A DNA stretch of 32,000 nt from Candidatus Nanopusillus sp. (lineage in GTDB: Archaea > Nanobdellota > Nanobdellia > Nanobdellales > Nanobdellaceae), in contig JAWDMD010000001.1 in the NCBI GenBank assembly GCA_046536775.1, positions 30,001 through 62,000 on the forward strand, read 5' to 3'. Below, one piece after another: positions 24,616 through 32,000 of the stretch. Positions within the stretch are counted from its first letter, which is position 1; each line of letters starts with the position of its first letter. Below the pieces are notes generated by a model that worked only from the letters and a program-made list of their open reading frames with translations, was not told the origin of the DNA and searched no databases. A program made the position numbers and the translations under genes.

Positions 24616-27600
24616 TTATAAATTAAAGAAATCTCTAATTTGCTTTTCCTTAGATTGATTTCCAAATGTCTGATCTATTTTCATTTTTAATGCTTTTAAA
24701 CTAGAACTTGTATATTCATCTAATTTTAATTTTTCAGCCAACCATAAGCTTGGTTCTAAATATTTTATAACACTACCATAATGAACTGTCATTACAATTC
24801 TTCCACCACATCTATCACATTTTCCAGATAGGGTGGGTCTTCTAAATCTCTTATTACATTTTATACACCTAAATTCCTGTTCAGAAAACTTTCTCAAATT
24901 ACCTTTAATATCTCTTGCAAAATGTAGATTTATTACCAAACTTGCAACAGTACTTGGATCTACAGATCTTAATAATCTTGCCAATTTTAATTCGAAATTC
25001 AGTTTTTCCAACATTTCTCCCAGAGATTTATATGCAGAAATCTTATTTCCATTTTCACTAATGGAATTTATATCATGCATGAATCCCCAATTTACATATT
25101 CTGCTGGCGTATCGATTTTTTCTTTAAATATCTGTATTTTTACAGATTCTGGGGGTTTATATTGCGATGCCGCTTCATATAATTCTAGTGGATAATTCCA
25201 AACAGTATCGAACTTTTGTACTTCATCATCTATCTCCATTCCCTTAACCTTTATTGTAATTGTTAATGGGGCATCCATAGTTCCTCCCCTTTTATCAGGT
25301 AAATATTCTCTAGAAAAATTCAATAGAGCATCTAATAAGAATAATATTGTCCCTTCATCTCCATCACAATTCCTCCTAATTGCAGCATGCATCATTGGAT
25401 GCATAAGTAATGCCTGAGTTTTTGAAAATCCAATTATTCTTCCAATAGTACCTGCAGATGTATGTGGAGCTAAAACAATTAATAGATGACCCAACAAATC
25501 TTCTGGTCTCTTTACATTATAATATCTATCCATTTTATACAATCTTTCCAATTCTTCATCAATAAATTTAGCAGTATCTATTAAAGAAATTAAAAAACCA
25601 TCTTTCTTTAATTTACCACCTTTCTTTAATGGACTAATTGTTGGTAATATAATATCTTGGGGTTTTAATTCCAATATTTGATCTTCATTTTCCAGTGGAT
25701 TCCCATAAATATCATGAGTATATCCCAATTCCCTCAATTTTTCTATTGGAGCATATACCAAATCTTTTGGTTTAAAATATGTAATTGGTACTTCTATAGC
25801 ATCAAATCTTACTGTTCCATCTCTAAATACAAATATACTATATTTTGCCCTTAATATTCCTTTTTCCAATCTCTCTGGTTGTTTGTTTTTAGAACTCAAA
25901 CCCTCTGGTCCTTTTACTATTTTTGGTAATTGGGATGAATCTAATCCTAGATTTTTTAAAGCTGCTTCTAAATATTTTGAAATCTGTATTGCATATTTTC
26001 TATGTTCCTTTTCATCTTCTGTCTTTAATAATTTTGTTTCTGAATTACAAAATATACATTTTTTATATGGAACATATATTTTACAATTTGGACAATAATA
26101 TGCTTTTAAATCTGAAACGATCTTCTGATATTTCATTGATTCTAAAAGGTTTCTCATCCTTCCCCCTTCTTCTCCTACAGGAAACAGGACCATTACTGAA
26201 CCTTTTAATTCTCTAATCTTTGCTTTTTCAGGTCTTCCCATTCTGACTCCAATATATGTTCCAACTTTATCTCTAATAATAACTTTTGATATTTTATTTA
26301 TTAATTCATATCCGTTTTTTTCATTATTTAGTTCCGGAACTTTTTCAAAATATCCTAATTGTATATATAATGCTGCTGAATTTGGATATTCAATTATAAT
26401 CATATTATTTTCCAATTTATGCTCAATTAATATTTCTTCTAATATATTCTTTATTCTTTCATCATACTCCAATTCAATTTTATCAGCAATTCTATAATTT
26501 TCACCATTTATTTTAATTTCCTTATATGAAAATTTTGCCTTTTCTTTTAAATAATTTAATAGATATATAAAATCTTGTGAACTTATGTCCTTCCAAAAAT
26601 ATATATATTCTGGATGTAATGGAATATTTAATAATATAGACATCTTTAATGAATTATTGAAATCTGGTTTATTTTTTAGAGGATCTCTAATATAATTTTC
26701 TAGAGTATTTTTATCAATATCTAAGTATTCTGATAATTTTTCTAAATTTTTTATTTCAAATAACTTTCTTGGTTTAAACATATCAAAAACAACTTCAAAT
26801 CCATTTACTTTTTCTTTTGCATTTTTTTCAAATTCCAGTATCCACCATTCTTCACAATATCCCAGGGGAACTAAAGGATGCCCATTATCTAAAAAATCTC
26901 CATATGTAAATAAAATATCTCCTAGAGATAATATTTTTTCTACCAAATTCTTCTCAATTAATTCCTTTGCAGTTCTTTCATCTTTTACCTTTATTACCGA
27001 ACCATCCTTTAACTTTACCACTGGAGGTTCAATTGTATCTGAAAATGTAACTGCAGAGGCTTTTCCTGGTCTCTCTACAACAAATTGAGTTCCCCATGCT
27101 AAGAAATTATATGTTAGAACTGCAGTAGCTGGATGTATAGAAGAGGCTTCATGCCCATTTGTCCTTGATTTTCCCATTCTTAATCTAAATCCACCCTTTG
27201 CAGATGGTAAAGAAAATATTGGTCTTCCAGCAGTTAATTGTTCTAAATATTTTGCATTTGGCTTTATTATTTCAGAAGAATCAGAAGAACCTCCATGCAA
27301 TTTTTCTTGCAATTTTTTTAATTCATCTAACCAAGCCCATTCCTCTAAATTAAAATCTTTTGCAATTTTTGATAATTCCTTCCATATTTTTTTAGCCTTT
27401 TGACATATACCCTCCGCAAGTACAAGAACCGCTCCTCCTCTTATATAATTTGTCTCAACTCTTGGTAGATCCTTATATGCAGAAACTTCTATTTTTTCTG
27501 TAGTCTCTCCATTTATTTCAATTGGTAAATTTTTAACTGTAAACTCTATCTCTTGATTCTTTGGAGTATATTGTAAATGAGCTACTCTCTTATAATCATA

Positions 27601-28173
27601 AATTTCAATTATATATCTTTGGATTTCATCCTCTGTAGGATCATATTTTTCATATCCAAACTTCCTCCTCAGAAAATCTGCAATTACAACTGAAAATGCT
27701 TGTGGAGTACCACCAGCAGATCTTACAGGTCCAGCATAGAATACTGAAATATATTCTTTCCCATCCATTCTTTTCTTTGCCATTACTTTTACAACTCCTT
27801 CTGTTGGAGCAGCTACAACACCCAAGGTATGATATGCAAAACCTGCTCTTAATCCAAGTTCTATGGCTCTAATTTTATCTCTAGTTTTATTATATATTTG
27901 TTCTGATACATATTCTGATATTTTTAATATTGTATAAAATGAAAGTGGTTTATATATTTTTTCTATTTCTCTAATTTTTTCTGGTAAATTTATTTCTTTT
28001 ATAATTGGATCAATTGTTGATAATAAGTTAACTACTCTCTCAGCCATATCTTCAGAAATTGGTATTTCAACATCATTGACAGGATCCAGAGATAAAGATC
28101 TTGCCTTTTTTGCAATCTCATAAGCTTCTAATGTTTTTTGCTTAATTTCTGTAAAATAATCATTTATATCCAT
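24616..28173 (-). CDS. dp2: DNA polymerase II (PolD) large catalytic subunit DP2, 1185 aa, no intein
   Basis: Typical N-terminus YFTEIKQKTLEAYEIAKKARSLSLDPVNDVEIPISEDMAERV. Conserved blocks: GPVRSAGGTPQA, GRPIFSLPSAKGGFRLRMGKSR, Zn motifs CPNCK...CIFC and CIKCNKRFRRPTLSGKCDRCGG, and NCDGDE. Confidence 0.95.
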   Translation of the reverse strand: MDINDYFTEIKQKTLEAYEIAKKARSLSLDPVNDVEIPISEDMAERVVNLLSTIDPIIKEINLPEKIREIEKIYKPLSFYTILKISEYVSEQIYNKTRDKIRAIELGLRAGFAYHTLGVVAAPTEGVVKVMAKKRMDGKEYISVFYAGPVRSAGGTPQAFSVVIADFLRRKFGYEKYDPTEDEIQRYIIEIYDYKRVAHLQYTPKNQEIEFTVKNLPIEINGETTEKIEVSAYKDLPRVETNYIRGGAVLVLAEGICQKAKKIWKELSKIAKDFNLEEWAWLDELKKLQEKLHGGSSDSSEIIKPNAKYLEQLTAGRPIFSLPSAKGGFRLRMGKSRTNGHEASSIHPATAVLTYNFLAWGTQFVVERPGKASAVTFSDTIEPPVVKLKDGSVIKVKDERTAKELIEKNLVEKILSLGDILFTYGDFLDNGHPLVPLGYCEEWWILEFEKNAKEKVNGFEVVFDMFKPRKLFEIKNLEKLSEYLDIDKNTLENYIRDPLKNKPDFNNSLKMSILLNIPLHPEYIYFWKDISSQDFIYLLNYLKEKAKFSYKEIKINGENYRIADKIELEYDERIKNILEEILIEHKLENNMIIIEYPNSAALYIQLGYFEKVPELNNEKNGYELINKISKVIIRDKVGTYIGVRMGRPEKAKIRELKGSVMVLFPVGEEGGRMRNLLESMKYQKIVSDLKAYYCPNCKIYVPYKKCIFCNSETKLLKTEDEKEHRKYAIQISKYLEAALKNLGLDSSQLPKIVKGPEGLSSKNKQPERLEKGILRAKYSIFVFRDGTVRFDAIEVPITYFKPKDLVYAPIEKLRELGYTHDIYGNPLENEDQILELKPQDIILPTISPLKKGGKLKKDGFLISLIDTAKFIDEELERLYKMDRYYNVKRPEDLLGHLLIVLAPHTSAGTIGRIIGFSKTQALLMHPMMHAAIRRNCDGDEGTILFLLDALLNFSREYLPDKRGGTMDAPLTITIKVKGMEIDDEVQKFDTVWNYPLELYEAASQYKPPESVKIQIFKEKIDTPAEYVNWGFMHDINSISENGNKISAYKSLGEMLEKLNFELKLARLLRSVDPSTVASLVINLHFARDIKGNLRKFSEQEFRCIKCNKRFRRPTLSGKCDRCGGRIVMTVHYGSVIKYLEPSLWLAEKLKLDEYTSSSLKALKMKIDQTFGNQSKEKQIRDFFNL

Positions 28174-28191
28174 AAAAATATATTAAAAACA

Positions 28192-28203
28192 ATATTTTTA
28201 ATT
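28192..28203. promoter_or_regulatory. Central A/T element ATATTTTTAATT in the 51-bp dp2/hjc divergent spacer; candidate shared TATA box
   Basis: Lies 19-30 nt from the dp2 ATG (28173) and 22-33 nt from the hjc-like ATG (28225). Confidence 0.3.
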
Positions 28204-28224
28204 GTTTAAATTCTTATATTTGAA

Positions 28225-28569
28225 ATGGGAAGTAATTATAAAATTGGATATTATTATGAACAAAAAGTAAAAAAGATGCTAGAAAAAGAAGGTTATGATA
28301 CTTGGAGAACCCCTGGATCTCATTCTGCTATAGATATAATTGCAATAAATAAAGAGGGAAAAATAAGGTTAATTCAAGTGAAAAAGAATAAAAGAGAAAT
28401 AGATATAAACAATATTAATTATATTGATCTGAACGAATTATATCATTTAGCAGAAAAGTATAAAAGTTCTAATAATATCGATATTGAACTATGGATTTTT
28501 TCAGGTAATGAATTAAAGAAATATAATAAACAAGATATATTAAAATTGAAAGATATTATTTCTTTATAA
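28225..28569 (+). CDS. hjc: Hjc-like Holliday junction resolvase (PD-(D/E)xK fold), 114 aa, with QxK in place of ExK
   Basis: GYYYEQKVKKMLEKEGYDTWRTPGSHSAIDIIAINKEGKIRLIQVKK follows the Hjc pattern G..ER....L...GF.v.R..GS...D.iA......iEvK. The expected Glu reads Gln (CAA). Confidence 0.65.
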   Translation: MGSNYKIGYYYEQKVKKMLEKEGYDTWRTPGSHSAIDIIAINKEGKIRLIQVKKNKREIDINNINYIDLNELYHLAEKYKSSNNIDIELWIFSGNELKKYNKQDILKLKDIISL

Positions 28570-29389
28570 TGATAAAATATTCATAAGGAATATCAAATTC
28601 TTTAATAATTTTATATTTTAATTTATATGTTACAAATCTTTTAATTTTATATCTCCATGCCAAACCAAGATTTCTCTTTCTTCCAAGACTCTTCTGAGGA
28701 AAAGATATTATTAAATAATCAAAATCTAATTTTGATAACAAATTTCTTGGAGAATAAAAATCATATTTTTCCAATATTGGAAATATCTTCCAAAAGAATA
28801 TATATTGATAATGTCTAAATATTCTATCATCTGGATCTAATAAATCAATTAACCATCCTTCATTTTCAATATTCAATTCCTTTAGTATTTGATAATTTAT
28901 ATCTAATATTTTTTCAGATATATCTACATAATAATATTTTTTAGGTTTTTGATCTGAAAAATAAATCGATATTGGATTTAATCCTGATGCTAAATCTAAT
29001 ATTTCTCCTGGTTTTTCAATAAAAATGTTTTTATATATTTCTTTATAAAAATTTATTCTTTCAGCAGTAGACCTTGTTAACATTAATAATTCTATTATTT
29101 TTTGTTCTAATGTCATTTCATTATTAAATAATATTTTATCTATCTCATTATCTTCTTTTGGAGTATATAGACCGTATAATTCATGCAAAATTCTCCTTAC
29201 TTCTTTAAATAATAAATAAAATTCTTCATCGTTTTTTAATTGTTTTATATTTTTTATTGAAGATAACTTTTTATATAAATATTGTTTTTTTCTTAGTTCT
29301 CTTTTTAATATATTCTCAACTACCTTATCAGATATATTCCTTAATTCTTTCTTATTTTTTATCTCATTTATTATTTCAAATAATTCCAT
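28556..29389 (-). CDS. ArmA/Rmt (FmrO)-family 16S rRNA (guanine-N7)-methyltransferase homologue, 277 aa
   Basis: Colinear with my recollection of ArmA/RmtB. Pairs (here vs ArmA): VRRILHELYGLY vs KKLHQIWGSY; RSTAERINFYKEIY vs SSTNERVATLNDFY; SAM motif ILDLASGLNPISIYF vs ILDFGCGFNPLALY; FFWKIFPILEKYD vs FLLKMLPVLKQQD; LIISFPQKSLGRKRN vs FVISFPIKSLSGKEK. Confidence 0.7.
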   Translation of the reverse strand: MELFEIINEIKNKKELRNISDKVVENILKRELRKKQYLYKKLSSIKNIKQLKNDEEFYLLFKEVRRILHELYGLYTPKEDNEIDKILFNNEMTLEQKIIELLMLTRSTAERINFYKEIYKNIFIEKPGEILDLASGLNPISIYFSDQKPKKYYYVDISEKILDINYQILKELNIENEGWLIDLLDPDDRIFRHYQYIFFWKIFPILEKYDFYSPRNLLSKLDFDYLIISFPQKSLGRKRNLGLAWRYKIKRFVTYKLKYKIIKEFDIPYEYFIIIKK

Positions 29390-30085
29390 ATTAATTCAAA
29401 TTCTTTTCTTTTACATATTTTACAATTATTACCCTTAACTTTTATTTCTTCTAAATAGAATTTATCCCTTATATTGAAATGATACAATATTCCATCCCTA
29501 TTTCCAAATACATAATTTATAAATAATTTTAGCATTAAAGAAACTGATAATATTACTGATGAAAAATCTACACCAGTAATATCGCATGTTAACACATCTT
29601 CTCTACCTTTATATATATCATATAAACAAAATTGTTCTGGATTTATTAAACCAACAAATCCCTGATCCATAACAACTGAAGCAAATATATATGGCTTATT
29701 ATAATATACCGATAATTCATTTATTAAATATTTTGATTTAATATTATCTGTACAATCAAATATTATATCTCTATTAAATATTTTATTATTTATTTCTTTA
29801 TATTTCTCTACATTTATATCATTATCTATCTCTTTTAATCTATTTTCAATAGAATCTACTTTTAATTTACCAATATCCTCAATTATAAAATTTTGTCTAT
29901 TTAGATTTTTTTCTTCTACAACATCAAAATCTACAATTGTCAAATCTTTTACACCAATTCTAACTAAAAATTCTGATAGCCAAGAACCTAAACCACCCAA
30001 TCCAATAACTGCAACAGATGTTTCCCGTATTTTTTTATTTTTTTCAAACCCAAAAAATTTTATTTGAGAAATATACCTTGAGATA

Positions 30086-30093
<8 letters not shown>
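29371..30093 (-). CDS. ThiF/MoeB/UbaA-family E1-like adenylyltransferase, 240 aa
   Basis: Rossmann/ATP motif [56 protein letters not shown]-terminal CKIC. Overlaps the cdc48 stop by 8 nt and the methyltransferase start by 19 nt. Confidence 0.8.

Positions 30094-32000
<1,907 letters not shown>

Noticed and set aside
24615-24665. A 17-codon N-terminal extension of the diphthine synthase ORF that overlaps the DP2 3' end.
   Set aside because: The conserved diphthine synthase N-terminus (MFILSGLG..) starts at 24614, immediately after the DP2 stop. The extension has no counterpart in the family.
24616-28173. Possible intein or split-gene architecture in PolD DP2, as known for some archaeal replication proteins. 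The same check was made for cdc48 and the thermosome.
   Set aside because: The translations are continuous and colinear with the conserved blocks. There is no inserted Cys/Ser...His-Asn splicing domain and the lengths are normal.
28225-28569. Interpretation of the 114-aa PD-(D/E)xK protein as an Mrr-type restriction endonuclease (part of a defence system), because of its D...QxK motif.
   Set aside because: The WRTPGSHSAIDIIA segment, the small size and the position next to PolD fit Hjc better. No methyltransferase or specificity partner of an R-M system is adjacent. This remains an alternative to test by profile comparison.

Overview
This is a very AT-rich archaeal chromosome segment (roughly a quarter G+C by eye, not computed) and it is extremely gene-dense. 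I call 35 protein genes and one GC-rich tRNA-Ser; many neighbouring genes overlap by 1-36 nt. All calls come from motif recognition in the translations, since no database search was possible.

**Gene content.** Almost everything is core archaeal information processing and proteostasis:
- Replication and repair: PolD large subunit (DP2), Hjc-like resolvase, RNase HII, Mre11-Rad50, a separately located HerA, and an RPA-like OB-fold protein.
- Translation and RNA modification: uS13 and uS4, Cbf5, diphthine synthase, Fap7-type kinase, and a PUA-domain protein.
- Proteostasis: thermosome, a two-domain Cdc48 AAA ATPase, and a ThiF/E1-like enzyme.
- Other: a P-type H+-ATPase-like pump and a FlaI/PilB-type filament ATPase.

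**Likely organism (inference).** Conserved operons are fragmented: S13-S4 lacks S11 and rpoD, herA sits apart from mre11-rad50, and no nurA is present. The genes are small and overlapping, and the tRNA is about two-thirds G+C against an AT-rich background. Together these fit a reduced-genome thermophilic DPANN or Nanoarchaeota-like organism. No CRISPR array, mobile element or obvious pseudogene was seen.

**Most worth a second look:**
1. A compact type IV filament-like locus (13469-18150) with pilin-like, coiled-coil and OB-fold genes but no platform protein.
2. An ArmA/Rmt (FmrO)-type 16S rRNA methyltransferase homologue, overlap-coupled to an E1-like gene and cdc48.
3. A miniature archaeosortase-like protein.
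4. Divergent gene pairs separated by 50-51 bp with a single central TATA-like element.
5. A 440-bp non-coding spacer, anomalous for this density.
6. A 73-nt perfect nucleotide repeat between the two AAA domains of cdc48.
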